From contig JBAUFP010000092.1 of assembly GCA_049679205.1 (NCBI GenBank), positions 1 to 27,034 on the forward strand: a DNA stretch of 27,034 nucleotides, written 5' to 3'. Shown piece after piece: positions 8,239 through 18,657 of the stretch. The first letter of the stretch is position 1, and every line of letters begins with the position of its first letter. Source of the DNA: a bacterium. GTDB lineage: Bacteria > Hydrothermota > Tepidihabitantia > SM23-42. Made by a program: the position numbers and the translations under genes. The notes under the pieces were generated by a model that saw nothing but the letters and a program-made list of their open reading frames with translations, searched no databases and was not told the origin of the DNA.

Positions 8239-9069
8239 ATGAAGATAATATATGCAATAGTAGGCGGTATCATTTTCGCGCTCGGGTATGCCGTGTTTCT
8301 CATCCCGCACCGGATCGTGCCGGGAGGCGTGAGTGGCATCGCGATGATACTACGTTTTCTCTACAATACCCCGGTGGGTATCATAGCAATCATCCTCAAT
8401 ATTCCTTTATTCATAATCGCCCTGCGCGTCCTCGGTATCTCTTTCGGCATTAAATCGGTGGGCGCAATCATCTATACAAATCTACTGATCGATTTTCTTG
8501 TTTATTCGGTGAAGATAGAGACGCCGACTGATAACACCGTTCTGGCCGCGCTTTATGGAGGCATACTGCTCGGACTGGGGCTGGGGCTGATTTTCCGCAG
8601 TGACGCCAGTACTGGTGGCTCTGACATCGTAGGACAAATCCTTAGCCGCTACACCAATATGTCGGTTGGCATGTGGATCATGATCGTTGATTTCTTGGTC
8701 ATCACGACCGCGGGCATTACAACTCGTTCGATCGAGCTTGCGCTATTAGGATATCTTGCCCTGTTCCTATCCTCAAAAGTAATTGATCTGGTTCTTGAAG
8801 GCATCGACTACGCGCGTGCTGCTTTCGTAATCAGCACGAAGGCCGACAAGATCACCGATGAAATATATGAGAAGATGCAGCGTGGTGTCACTATTCTTGA
8901 TGGTCATTCTCCGTACAGCAAAGAAGAAAGACCCGTTATCATGTGTGTCATCACAAAAAAACAAACACCGTTCTTCAAATCACTGGTCAATAAGATTGAC
9001 AAAGATGCATTTGTTATTCTGACCGATGTATTCGAAGTGCTGGGTAAAGGTTTTAGGTCGCGCGTCTAA
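8239..9069 (+). CDS. YitT family membrane protein (DUF161 + DUF2179)
   Basis: FLIPHRIVPGGVSGIA, LNIPLF, ASTGGSDI, RGVTILDG, IDKDAFV...EVLGKGF. Confidence 0.93.
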   Translation: MKIIYAIVGGIIFALGYAVFLIPHRIVPGGVSGIAMILRFLYNTPVGIIAIILNIPLFIIALRVLGISFGIKSVGAIIYTNLLIDFLVYSVKIETPTDNTVLAALYGGILLGLGLGLIFRSDASTGGSDIVGQILSRYTNMSVGMWIMIVDFLVITTAGITTRSIELALLGYLALFLSSKVIDLVLEGIDYARAAFVISTKADKITDEIYEKMQRGVTILDGHSPYSKEERPVIMCVITKKQTPFFKSLVNKIDKDAFVILTDVFEVLGKGFRSRV

Positions 9070-9089
9070 CCCGGGATACCAAACCCCGT

Positions 9090-10520
9090 TTAGGTTTTGG
9101 CCTGCTTCGTTAAGAGGCTCACGAGCCAGGTGGCCAGCAGAGAAAAGAAAAAACCAGGGATGAGTTCGTATAGAAACCCCTTTAGGACCGGGACATTATA
9201 CCACACCACGATTGTAACCGCTCCGACCACCATGCCCGCAAACACACCGAACTTGGTCGTACCACGCCACTTGAGAGATAATATCAACGGTGGACCAAAA
9301 GATGCAGCCAGCCCTCCCCAGGCATAGAGGACTAACCAGTAGACCAGTCGCTCGGCGCGCAATCCAAGCACAAATGCTATTATCGCGACAACCACGGTGA
9401 AGATTCTTGCCAGGCGCACTAGATATTTTTGTGTGGCATCAGGATTGATAAGTTTCCGGTAGATATCCTCAGTAATAGCAGATGTGGCAACCAAGAGCTG
9501 TGAGTCGACGGTGGACATCATGGCTGCAGTAGCCGCGGCCAGAACGAATCCCACTAGCCAGCCAGGAAGGATCTTCGCCGCAAATGCCAAGGTGACATGC
9601 TCGGGATCGGCGATCTCACCGCGCAGGAATGGAATGGCCAAAAATCCCAGGAAAATCGCAGCGGCAACCGCCACGGTCGTCCAAGTCATGGCGATAATCA
9701 TCGCTTTTTTGACTTCCTTCTCACTGCGCAAGGCCATATAGCGCATGAGGATATGCGGCTGACCTGCATAGCCGAAACCAATCGCCAGACCACCCAAAAT
9801 CAACCCGAAATACAAGGCCGTGCCACTCTCACCCGCTGAAAGCAGTGCTGCTTTGGGATCAACCGCGCCGATACGGGAGAAAACATTCCCCAACCCGCCG
9901 AAATGCACAATGCCCATTATGCACATCAACAGCAGCGCCAGAACCATTATGATCCCCTGGAAAAAATCGGTCCACGTTTCGGCAATGAAGCCACCCATCA
10001 TCGTATAGAACAATATAATGCTCAAGCCAATAAGCATCCCGATAATTTGATGGATATTGAAGGTAGCAGCCAGTACCTTACCGGCGCCAACAACCTGTGC
10101 CGATACGTAGAGCGTAAAGAAGAATACGATCAGAATCGATGCAGTAATCCTCAAGAGATGCGACCTATCTTCAAACCGTGATTCTAAATAGTCTGGTATT
10201 GTCAGAGCATTATATTTGCCAGTCAATCTACGCAACGGCGTGGCAATTACAAGCCAATTAAACAGACTTCCCACCCAAACACCGATGCCCGCCCATATTG
10301 CACCTAGCCCCATCCTAAAGGCTTGTCCAGGTAAACCGATCAGTAACCAGGCCGACATGTCCGTACCTTTTTCGGAAAGTGCAATAACCGGGGTCAGCAT
10401 TTTCTTACCCCCCAATATGAAATCATCGAGGGATTTCGAAGCCAGCCGGGCGGTTATGATGCCCGCGATCACCATACCAACAAGATAAATGAGAAAAACA
10501 AGCAACACCGCACTCATCAA
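9090..10520 (-). CDS. putP: Sodium/proline symporter (SSS family)
   Basis: DFILGGK, ALSEKGTDMSAWLLIGLPG, LTIPDYLESRF, GYAGQPHILMRYMA, AAMMSTVDSQLL, YAWGGLAASFGP. AGGAGG SD. Start is TTG 10520 or ATG 10517. Confidence 0.9.
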   Translation of the reverse strand: MMSAVLLVFLIYLVGMVIAGIITARLASKSLDDFILGGKKMLTPVIALSEKGTDMSAWLLIGLPGQAFRMGLGAIWAGIGVWVGSLFNWLVIATPLRRLTGKYNALTIPDYLESRFEDRSHLLRITASILIVFFFTLYVSAQVVGAGKVLAATFNIHQIIGMLIGLSIILFYTMMGGFIAETWTDFFQGIIMVLALLLMCIMGIVHFGGLGNVFSRIGAVDPKAALLSAGESGTALYFGLILGGLAIGFGYAGQPHILMRYMALRSEKEVKKAMIIAMTWTTVAVAAAIFLGFLAIPFLRGEIADPEHVTLAFAAKILPGWLVGFVLAAATAAMMSTVDSQLLVATSAITEDIYRKLINPDATQKYLVRLARIFTVVVAIIAFVLGLRAERLVYWLVLYAWGGLAASFGPPLILSLKWRGTTKFGVFAGMVVGAVTIVVWYNVPVLKGFLYELIPGFFFSLLATWLVSLLTKQAKT

Positions 10521-10534
10521 GCCTCCTTTTTTTT

Positions 10535-10563
10535 ATTTTAGCCATATAGATATCGGTAGTCAA
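10535..10563 (-). promoter_or_regulatory. sigma70-type promoter of putP
   Basis: TTGACT-17 nt-TAAAAT on the minus strand. Confidence 0.7.
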
Positions 10564-10629
10564 CCTCAACTAAAAGCCATCCTGCCCAGCGCTTTTCTCT
10601 GTGGCGTGCTTACAGAATCCTCATGACCC

Positions 10630-10659
10630 TTGACTTTCATCACCCATTCAATATATTAT
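10630..10659 (+). promoter_or_regulatory. sigma70-type promoter of glutamate dehydrogenase
   Basis: TTGACT(10630-10635) followed by TATATT (16-nt spacer) or TATTAT (18-nt spacer). Confidence 0.55.
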
Positions 10660-10730
10660 GCAAGTTGCAGTAAATATGCTGGAACTTATCGGTTCAATCA
10701 TGATTTCCGCTTAAATCGTAGGAGGTTTTT

Positions 10731-12005
10731 GTGAAAGAAGTGTGCAAGGCCAAAGCAAGCGTCTATGAGAATGTGAGCCGGCAGTTCAATAAGGCAGCCG
10801 ACCTTATGGGATTCGATCATGAAATTCGTAAAATTTTGGCCAAGACGCAAAATGAGATAGTCATCAACTTCCCGGTCAAAATGGATGACGGGCATATCGA
10901 AATACTCACTGGGTACCGCGTGCAGCACAACAATGTTTTGGGACCATATAAAGGTGGGCTGAGATACCACCCAGCCGTTGATATCGACGAGGTTAGGGCA
11001 CTGGCAACCTGGATGACCTGGAAATCAGCGATTGTCAATATCCCCTTTGGTGGCGCAAAGGGCGGTATCCAATGTGACCCGTGGAAATATTCACAGGCTG
11101 AGCTGCAGCGCATGACCCGACGCTTCACCTTTGCCCTGGGTTGCAACATCGGACCTGAATTCGATATTCCCGCCCCTGATGTTAATACCAATTCCCAAAT
11201 CATGGCCTGGATACTCGATACTTATCTCTCGACTCAACCACCGCACACCCGCCAGGCAAACGTTCACATCGTGACCGGAAAACCCGTGGAATCCGGTGGC
11301 AGCCTGGGACGCGACAAGGCAACCGGACAAGGCGTTGTCTACACGCTCGAGGAATGGGCCAAGGACCGGAAATTCGATCTAAAGGGTGCCACTTATTTTG
11401 TCCAAGGTTTCGGCAATGTGGGTTCCTGGGCAAGCATCCTCTTAAAGCCACACGGCGCTAAACTAGTTGCGGTCGAAGACATATGCGGCGCGTATTACAA
11501 TCCGGACGGTATTGACCCGGAAGACCTCAACGAATATTTCAAGAAGAACCGTACGTTTGATGGTTTTCCAAAATTGAAGAAGATCGATCATAAGCAGTTT
11601 TTGAGTACGGAAGCCGATATATTCATACCCGCCGCACTGGAAAATCAGATAACGGCCGAGACGGCTCCTTTGTTTAATGTCAAGGTCATTGCCGAGGGTG
11701 CTAATGGTCCAACGGATCCGGACGGTGACGAGATATTACAGAAAAAAGGTATCGATATTATTCCTGACATTCTGTGTAATGCGGGTGGTGTCATCGTGAG
11801 TTACTTTGAATGGCTCCAGAACAAGCGCAGTGAATTCTGGGATCTGGAAGAGGTTGACCGCAAGTTGCGTAAAATCATCGTCGGGGGCTACGAGCGCGTC
11901 CGCGCGGCCGCCAAGGAGCATAAAACCGACTGGCGCACCGCCGCCTACGTCGTTGCCCTGACCCGTCTTGAAAAAGTCTACAAGGAACGCGGCATCTTTC
12001 CATAA
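10731..12005 (+). CDS. gdhA: Glutamate dehydrogenase (Glu/Leu/Phe/Val dehydrogenase family)
   Basis: GYRVQHN, GPYKGGLRYHP, MTWKSA, PFGGAKGG, DIPAPDVNT, QGFGNVG, EGANGPT, PDILCNAGGVIVSYFEW. AGGAGG SD before the GTG start. Confidence 0.96.
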   Translation: MKEVCKAKASVYENVSRQFNKAADLMGFDHEIRKILAKTQNEIVINFPVKMDDGHIEILTGYRVQHNNVLGPYKGGLRYHPAVDIDEVRALATWMTWKSAIVNIPFGGAKGGIQCDPWKYSQAELQRMTRRFTFALGCNIGPEFDIPAPDVNTNSQIMAWILDTYLSTQPPHTRQANVHIVTGKPVESGGSLGRDKATGQGVVYTLEEWAKDRKFDLKGATYFVQGFGNVGSWASILLKPHGAKLVAVEDICGAYYNPDGIDPEDLNEYFKKNRTFDGFPKLKKIDHKQFLSTEADIFIPAALENQITAETAPLFNVKVIAEGANGPTDPDGDEILQKKGIDIIPDILCNAGGVIVSYFEWLQNKRSEFWDLEEVDRKLRKIIVGGYERVRAAAKEHKTDWRTAAYVVALTRLEKVYKERGIFP

Positions 12006-12102
12006 TAACTGGTTTGGTCACGTTTTCAAGAAGATCTGTCTCACCAATTAGATAACAAAAAATACTAGTGGGCAACTAATTACCCAGAAAGGAATTCTGA
12101 AC

Positions 12103-12843
12103 GTGAAGCACATTAGCTGGCAATTGGTCTTAGGATTGGTTTTGATTGCCCTTTCCGTAGTAGTGTACTCCATGCACTACCTCTTTTTCCGGGATGTTCA
12201 TCATATCTTCATATATCTCGTGGGTGACATTGCATTTGTGTTCATCGAAGTCTTACTCGTGACCCTGGTCATTCATCAACTACTAGCCCAGCGCGAAAAA
12301 CGAGCAAAGCTGGAGAAGATGAACATGGTCATCGGGGCTTTCTACAGTGAGGTAGGAACCGTTCTTCTACAATACTTCGCCGAATTCGATACCAATGTTG
12401 AGCGCATCAGAAACGACCTTACCGCCGCCAAGACCCTAAGCACGAGTGAATTTTCGGCGCTCAGCAGTACATTGAAATCCCATGACGCTTTCATGAAGAG
12501 TGCTCCAAAAGAACTGGAGCGCCTTAATAATTTCCTGTGTGGAAAACGCGATTTTCTTATCCGCCTCCTTGAAAATCCCATATTACTAGAACACACTTCA
12601 TTCACCAATCTGCTTTGGGCGATTTTCCATCTTGGCGATGAGCTGGCTCACCGCCGTGATTTGAAGAAAATAGCCAAGAAGGATCACGAACACATTAACG
12701 GAGATATAAAGCGCGCCTATCTCTCACTACTCAGTGAATGGACTAATTACATGACTCACTTAAAGGACAATTACCCCTACCTCTTCTCCCTGGCAATCCG
12801 TACTAATCCTTTCGACCCACAAGCAAAGCCAGAAGTAGCCTAG
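12103..12843 (+). CDS. Hypothetical protein with two N-terminal TM helices
   Basis: 246-aa ORF with hydrophobic N-terminal segments and an AAGGA SD. Protein-like motifs KMNMVIGAFYSEVG, LLENPILLEH, YPYLFSLAIRTNPFD. No function recognised. Confidence 0.8.
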   Translation: MKHISWQLVLGLVLIALSVVVYSMHYLFFRDVHHIFIYLVGDIAFVFIEVLLVTLVIHQLLAQREKRAKLEKMNMVIGAFYSEVGTVLLQYFAEFDTNVERIRNDLTAAKTLSTSEFSALSSTLKSHDAFMKSAPKELERLNNFLCGKRDFLIRLLENPILLEHTSFTNLLWAIFHLGDELAHRRDLKKIAKKDHEHINGDIKRAYLSLLSEWTNYMTHLKDNYPYLFSLAIRTNPFDPQAKPEVA

Positions 12844-12891
12844 GATTAGCTGGTCGAGCTGTAATCGGAAACTGTTTTGTGCCTAGATTAT

Positions 12892-14325
12892 CTATGAATC
12901 TAGATCTTTCGCCAACATGCGGTCCGCTTCAATGTGTTCCATAAGCAAGGGCGGTATTTTACTTGGATAAGCACCGGTAAAGCATGCGGTGCAGAAACCC
13001 TTTGCACCGGCGCCAACGCCCCTGACTAAACCATTAACTGTCTGATACACGTGGGCATCGGCATCAATGGATTTTCGAATCTCTTCAATTGTTTTATCCC
13101 GGGCAATGAATTCTCCTCTCGTCTGCATATCAATTCCATAAACGCAAGGGAAGCGCAGCGGCGGCGAGTAAAGAGCATAATATACTCTTCTTGCACCCAC
13201 ACTTCTTATCAAAGAAATTATCTCCCGTGAGGTATTACCGCGCACGATCGAATCATCAACCAGCAATACATCTTTGCCTTTGATCTCCGGTTTTATCGGA
13301 TTGAGTTTTAGCCGCACCGCTTCAATTCGCTCCGCCTGCGTGGGCATGATGAAAGTTCTATATATGTAACGATTCTTTATCAAGCCTTCACGGTGTTTCA
13401 CGCCCAAAACCTCGGCCACCAACTGTGCCGCACCCCGGGCAGTATCGGGAATAGGCATTACCACATCGGGCTTCAGATTTTGTTTCAAACACTCCTTGCC
13501 GAGCTCTTCACCAAGCCGGAGTCTTGCCTCATACACACCAAGCCCATCGATTATTGAATCGGGTCGTGCAAAATACACATATTCAAAAATACACGCAGCC
13601 TTGTTGCCCTTCTGGATCTGTTCAGTATAGAAATTGTTCTCGGTATCAATGAATATCGCCTCGCCCGGTTGTACATCCCGCATCTCTTTGTAGCCGAGCA
13701 AATCCAGGGCAACACTCTCGGACGCAAAACAGTAGCTAGAACTATTCTTCCCCATTATCAAGGGTTTGATACCATGCTTATCACGAAAGGCTAACAGGCC
13801 CTTATCCGCAATCAAGGAAACCACGGCATAGCTGCCAATCATTCTCTTGTACACAGCGCGCACTGCCGCAAAGAGTTTTTCCGCACTCAACTTCTTCAGG
13901 TTCATCCTGCTCAGTTCAACCGAAAGCAGATTGAGCATCACCTCGGCATCGCAGTTCGAATTCAAATAACGCAGCTGGTTTTCGATAAGATCTTTCTTCA
14001 AATCGAAGAAGTTAACAAGGTTACCATTGTGCGCCAGGGCGATACCATATGGTGCGGTAATGATAAAGGGCTGTGCGTCTTCTGCAGAACCGGCGCCGAC
14101 GGTCGGATAGCGAACATGGCCGATTCCCGTGTTACCGTTAAGCCGCTCGATGTTCTTAGGATTGAATACACTGAGTACCAAACCATTCCCCTTCTTCAGT
14201 TGAAAACCATTTTCGAACGTAACTGCCCCAGCTGCATCCTGTCCGCGATGTTGCAGGGCGAGCAATCCGGGGTATATTCTATCGATTGCTCTTTCTTGAC
14301 CTATGATACCGATTATACCACACAT
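12892..14325 (-). CDS. purF: Amidophosphoribosyltransferase
   Basis: N-terminal MCGI nucleophile, LQHRGQDAAG, IGHVRYPT, CIFEYVYFARPDS, PRPP motif VLLVDDSIVRGNT, Fe-S-type cysteines (PCVYGID, FCTACFTG). Confidence 0.97.
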   Translation of the reverse strand: MCGIIGIIGQERAIDRIYPGLLALQHRGQDAAGAVTFENGFQLKKGNGLVLSVFNPKNIERLNGNTGIGHVRYPTVGAGSAEDAQPFIITAPYGIALAHNGNLVNFFDLKKDLIENQLRYLNSNCDAEVMLNLLSVELSRMNLKKLSAEKLFAAVRAVYKRMIGSYAVVSLIADKGLLAFRDKHGIKPLIMGKNSSSYCFASESVALDLLGYKEMRDVQPGEAIFIDTENNFYTEQIQKGNKAACIFEYVYFARPDSIIDGLGVYEARLRLGEELGKECLKQNLKPDVVMPIPDTARGAAQLVAEVLGVKHREGLIKNRYIYRTFIMPTQAERIEAVRLKLNPIKPEIKGKDVLLVDDSIVRGNTSREIISLIRSVGARRVYYALYSPPLRFPCVYGIDMQTRGEFIARDKTIEEIRKSIDADAHVYQTVNGLVRGVGAGAKGFCTACFTGAYPSKIPPLLMEHIEADRMLAKDLDS

Positions 14326-14352
14326 AAAAGAAATCTCATTTGGGGGGAATGA

Positions 14353-14853
14353 TCACAACTGAAGTTTTTCCAACCGCTGCAGACCTTCCTTAATCTTGTC
14401 ATAAGTCTTCAACAATGCCTCGGACACAACTTTGGTTTCCGAAAGCACGGGCATGAAATTAGTGTCACCCTGCCATCTGGGCACCAAATGAAAGTGAATA
14501 TGGTCAACTACACCGGCCCCGGCCACTCTCCCCTGATTCACTCCGATATTGTAGCCTTGCGGTTTCATGGCATGATCGAGTGCTTCGATCACTCTCGCAA
14601 TAAGGTTGTGGATGCAGAGTAGCTCTCCATCATCCAGTTGTTCGATCTGACCAACATGCCGGACCGGAGCAATCATGAGGTGACCATTGTTGTATGGATA
14701 ACGATTCATGATTGTGAACGCCTCTTCCCTGCGTTCTAAAATGAGTACCTTCCGGTCATCTTTCGACCTGTATCCCGTGCAGAGAAAACAACCCGTGCCT
14801 GGATTACGGATGTATTCGAAACGCCATGGAGCCCAAAGCTTCTCCATTGTCAT
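14353..14853 (-). CDS. HIT family hydrolase (Ap4A phosphorylase/Fhit-like)
   Basis: LWAPWRFEYI, CFLC, NRYPYNNGHLMIAP, HIHFHLVPRWQGDTNFMP. ATG 14853 overlaps the upstream TGA (ATGA). Confidence 0.93.
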   Translation of the reverse strand: MTMEKLWAPWRFEYIRNPGTGCFLCTGYRSKDDRKVLILERREEAFTIMNRYPYNNGHLMIAPVRHVGQIEQLDDGELLCIHNLIARVIEALDHAMKPQGYNIGVNQGRVAGAGVVDHIHFHLVPRWQGDTNFMPVLSETKVVSEALLKTYDKIKEGLQRLEKLQL

Positions 14854-15803
14854 ATTCTCCATTCACTCAAACCCACATCATCGATAGGTTTGACCTTAAT
14901 TTTTTCGACCTTGCCCTTCTGTTTATAGTGAACCTCAACTTTCGACTCCCTCTTCTTGTCACTGTAGCGAGCAGTGATGGCCGCTGCGGTTTTTGTATAT
15001 TTCTTGTCACCCAACAATATCGCGTTAGGGCTTCCCGTGTCCGGAACATAAAAGAGAATATTGGAATTTTCCGCCAGTTCCTCAATCCTCTTGTTCTCGT
15101 CTTCATTACGCCCGACAACCAGCTTTGCATCGGGAGCAATTCTAAAATGCCGTCCTATTTTCATTAGCTCAATATCAACCGCACCGATCTTCTCGTGGAA
15201 CCTCAGAACATCGGCCAGCCGCCGGCAAAAACCGGGATCGGTCAATAGACACCCGCCGCTCGGCGAAAGATATTCGGTAATCTCCATGTTTTTCGCGATA
15301 TCAAGCGAGAGTCGACGTGATCGCCCCCGTATCGTCAATAATTTCTTATGCTCGATCAATCCCTTATTTTCTGGAATTGTCGCCGGGAGCAATCCACCGC
15401 TCAATGGACGGACCACCATGCCTTCCAGGCCAGCTTTCTTTTCGATAAGCATCAATGTATCGAGACGCTGTGACATTTGACGCTGATCAAGGACCTCACC
15501 GGTAACCACGAAATCAGCATTGAGTTCTTCCATATACTCTTTCGCTTTTTTCAACATCATTATGCGGCAGTCAATGCATGGATTTAGATTCTTACCGTAG
15601 CCATATTCGGGTTCCTGCACAATCTGCGCAAATTCTTCGGTCACATCAATGGTTTTCAACCCCTCAACCATGTGTATCTGCGGCGAAGACAGAAGTTTAT
15701 GTAGTATGTGTAGCGGGTATGCTGCGATCCCCCATTCCTTGATAATTTCCAGAGCGAGCCTGGAATCAAGGCCACCCGAGTATAGTACTACTGCCTTTAC
15801 CAT
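14850..15803 (-). CDS. ThiI/MnmA-like PP-loop tRNA thiolation protein without a THUMP domain
   Basis: YSGGLDS PP-loop, GYGKNLNPCIDCRI, TGEVLDQRQMSQ, SGGCLLTDP, IGRHFRI, VVGRNEDEN. Confidence 0.8.
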   Translation of the reverse strand: MVKAVVLYSGGLDSRLALEIIKEWGIAAYPLHILHKLLSSPQIHMVEGLKTIDVTEEFAQIVQEPEYGYGKNLNPCIDCRIMMLKKAKEYMEELNADFVVTGEVLDQRQMSQRLDTLMLIEKKAGLEGMVVRPLSGGLLPATIPENKGLIEHKKLLTIRGRSRRLSLDIAKNMEITEYLSPSGGCLLTDPGFCRRLADVLRFHEKIGAVDIELMKIGRHFRIAPDAKLVVGRNEDENKRIEELAENSNILFYVPDTGSPNAILLGDKKYTKTAAAITARYSDKKRESKVEVHYKQKGKVEKIKVKPIDDVGLSEWRI

Positions 15804-15845
15804 CTCTGTGGTATATTCAGGGCATTACCCACGCAACAATCCAGA

Positions 15846-18533
15846 TTACTGACCTCTGAGTTCTTCAAGCATATTGCGGGCATTTTCATCTCTTGGGTTA
15901 ATTGACAGCCAATCCTCCAAGACATTAACCGCCGAAACCTTATTGTCCATTGCCAGATATGTCATAACCAAAGACGAATAGGCCTGAGAATATCTCGGAT
16001 TTATTCCGATTGCCCGCTGGAAATATTCTATGGCTCGGTCATAATATCCAGTATTGGCAAACACCGATCCTATCTGAACCATCATGCCAGGGTCTTGCAC
16101 GTCTATCTTGGATAAATAGTGATATGCACTATCGCGCATTCCCATTTGAGCAAAAAGAACACCCAAGTTGTACGAGAAATAGACGTTTTGATACGGATCG
16201 AAGAGGAGGGCAAAGCGCCACGCATCCAGTGTGCCCTGCAGGTCTCCTTGTTCCCTCAATGAGACCCCCAGAGTTGCCAATCCCGCCGCATAATTCGTAT
16301 AGAGTCGACGCGTATTGTCATCTTTGTGCATACCGAAACCATAGAATTCACCTTCCTTCTTCCTTCGATCAAAATCGACCAAGATACGGGAAACAAATTC
16401 TTGTTGCTCAGGATCAAAAACACCGGTGTACCGGTATGTTCGGTAGAAGAAATTCCTGGTCTTTTGTATATCCACTGCGTATACGGGATCGGCACTGTCG
16501 CTGACGACCCGGTAGACGAGTCCCTCTAGTCTCAAATATGGACGGAAACCCTCAAAGTTTTCCGCAGACACTGTGGAAGCAAAGTATATCGGCATTTTGC
16601 CTTTGTAGTTCTTCAAATGGCGTTCCGCGAACTCCTGCTGTGTGATAACGTAATCATCTTCCTTTAACCTTATACCCGCATTTGTGGCAATGATATTCCT
16701 GATCATAATATCCTTAACCCAAATCACACGCCGGTCGCGGGTCATGAAGGGTTCGAGACGGTTAATGACCTTTTCGCTAAAACTAACTGGAGCGCCCCAG
16801 TCCTTAAGCTGTCTTATATACCAGGCTGTGTTGATAAGAGAAAGATTGGCATTGATCACCCGGCGCTTTAAACCCAGCACCTCTTGGGCAAACCATAATG
16901 GAAATGTATCATTGTCACCATTCGTAAAGAGGACCGCGTCATCGTCGCAGGAGATGAGCATATTGTACGCATAGTCCTTGGGTATGAAATCCCCGAATCG
17001 GCTGCTCAACCGGAAATTCGTTAGTAATGGAATAATGGAAAAAACAAGGAATCCACTCAACCCCCCTATCTCAATCCAGCGCTTGTTCTTCGATCCTCGT
17101 TTGATAGATTGAAGGAATCCAAAAAAGCCAATACCAACAAGCATACCGAAATATGTATGTCCTGTATGGAAGAAATAGTCACGCTCGCGCACTTCCTGGG
17201 GTTGATGTCGGGGATTAGAATCGCTCGGTGAAAACTTGAGATTCAAGTAGCCAACCATGGCAAAGCAGAGCATAAACATGATCAAGGCAGTGAGGAAGAA
17301 CAGCTTGCGCTCACGTCTGAAGAGCTCGACCATCCCCCAGATACCAAAAACATAGAAAAGCGCGAGCACTATGCTCCGGAGTGCGTTATTCGTCATTTCC
17401 GGCACCGGTTGCCAGGATAGATAGCGTACGAATAATGCTGTTTGCCAGAAGTAACCTTGAAGCACTCCAAAACCGGTTGCTTCCTGAGTCTGTCTAGGGA
17501 TCAACTTTGCCGGGCCGTATTGGGCGCGATGTAAGACGTTGTTAAAGGCTTCAAAGTTTTCGCCCGGATCACATTCATTGATCCGCGGGGCAATATTCTT
17601 ACCCGCATAATATTCTTTAGTAACTGCTTCTTGCTTGTATATTTTATCAAGTACCCGTGAACGGATTGGCAAATATAACTCGGCAGAAAAGGCTATCAGG
17701 ACGAGAAAAATGCCCGCCCAGAAAAAACGCCAATTCCGGTATCGGGTAGCATCAATAAGGGGCAAGAAGAGCGCTGCACCCACAATTAATGCAAGCACAA
17801 CAATTGCTGGCGTATAGAGGGGTTCTGGTAAAAGGAAAGCCAAAGCAAAGAATATTGCCTGGAATAATCCAAGCAGCCATAACATCGTATCCTTTAGGTA
17901 GCGTCTCTCCACATAGAATATAAAGGCATAGATCGGGAAGAATATCAGAAAAGGCGTCAAATGAATACCCGTCGCCAGGAATATCAGATAGAAAGAAATG
18001 AGCAAATACTTATTCTTGGGTGCTCCTTGCTTAACGCTCTCATACCAGAGAAGGATAATATAGTTCACCAGGAGAAAGATGAATGTAGCTGCTGCATATA
18101 CTTCGGTTTCAACAGCATTCTCCCATATTGTGTAGTAGAAAGCGATTGCCAGACAGGTCCCAAAAGCAATAATGAGATAGGCTAGTTGGTTGTTGTTACC
18201 CTTCCACATTCTGAATATTCTCAAGAGCATCCGGTAAATGAGAAAGACGGTCAATACCGTAATACCCAGGCCCAAGAGGTTCATGTGCCAGGCGACCTCT
18301 TTGGATATCGGCAGTACCCCAGCCAACAAGCCCACGATGATCAACCAAACCCGGCCCAAGAGGATATAGAAAGGCGTCCCCGGCGGATGTGGAACGGCGA
18401 GGGTATATGCCGATCCAATGAATTCACCGCAGTCCCAAAACGACAGGGTGGGTGCGACCGTGTACAAATAGATAAATGTGACAAGGGATAGTAGAAAATA
18501 AAGAAGAATATTTTCGAGTTTTTTATAGTTCAT
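15846..18533 (-). CDS. DUF2723 (TMEM260-like GT-C membrane glycosyltransferase) with C-terminal TPRs
   Basis: TVAPTLSFWDCGEFI, VPHPPGTPFY, AVETEVYA, RERDYFF, LFTNGDNDTFPLWFAQEV, NLSLINTAWYIRQL. TPR-like tail (YDRAIEYFQRAIGINPRYSQAY). Confidence 0.9.
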   Translation of the reverse strand: MNYKKLENILLYFLLSLVTFIYLYTVAPTLSFWDCGEFIGSAYTLAVPHPPGTPFYILLGRVWLIIVGLLAGVLPISKEVAWHMNLLGLGITVLTVFLIYRMLLRIFRMWKGNNNQLAYLIIAFGTCLAIAFYYTIWENAVETEVYAAATFIFLLVNYIILLWYESVKQGAPKNKYLLISFYLIFLATGIHLTPFLIFFPIYAFIFYVERRYLKDTMLWLLGLFQAIFFALAFLLPEPLYTPAIVVLALIVGAALFLPLIDATRYRNWRFFWAGIFLVLIAFSAELYLPIRSRVLDKIYKQEAVTKEYYAGKNIAPRINECDPGENFEAFNNVLHRAQYGPAKLIPRQTQEATGFGVLQGYFWQTALFVRYLSWQPVPEMTNNALRSIVLALFYVFGIWGMVELFRRERKLFFLTALIMFMLCFAMVGYLNLKFSPSDSNPRHQPQEVRERDYFFHTGHTYFGMLVGIGFFGFLQSIKRGSKNKRWIEIGGLSGFLVFSIIPLLTNFRLSSRFGDFIPKDYAYNMLISCDDDAVLFTNGDNDTFPLWFAQEVLGLKRRVINANLSLINTAWYIRQLKDWGAPVSFSEKVINRLEPFMTRDRRVIWVKDIMIRNIIATNAGIRLKEDDYVITQQEFAERHLKNYKGKMPIYFASTVSAENFEGFRPYLRLEGLVYRVVSDSADPVYAVDIQKTRNFFYRTYRYTGVFDPEQQEFVSRILVDFDRRKKEGEFYGFGMHKDDNTRRLYTNYAAGLATLGVSLREQGDLQGTLDAWRFALLFDPYQNVYFSYNLGVLFAQMGMRDSAYHYLSKIDVQDPGMMVQIGSVFANTGYYDRAIEYFQRAIGINPRYSQAYSSLVMTYLAMDNKVSAVNVLEDWLSINPRDENARNMLEELRGQ

Positions 18534-18550
18534 GCTCGCTCCTTCGGTCT

Positions 18551-18578
18551 ATTATAGTCAAACACTTTCTAATGTCAA
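18551..18578 (-). promoter_or_regulatory. sigma70-type promoter of the DUF2723...purF run
   Basis: Perfect TTGACA-16 nt-TATAAT on the minus strand, then an AAGGAG SD. Confidence 0.8.
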
Positions 18579-18657
18579 TATTGCACCAACTACGCTTGAC
18601 ACTCTACTGCAAGCGCCGTCACGCGTCCGACAACCTAGGCATATGGCGCTGCGCCTT

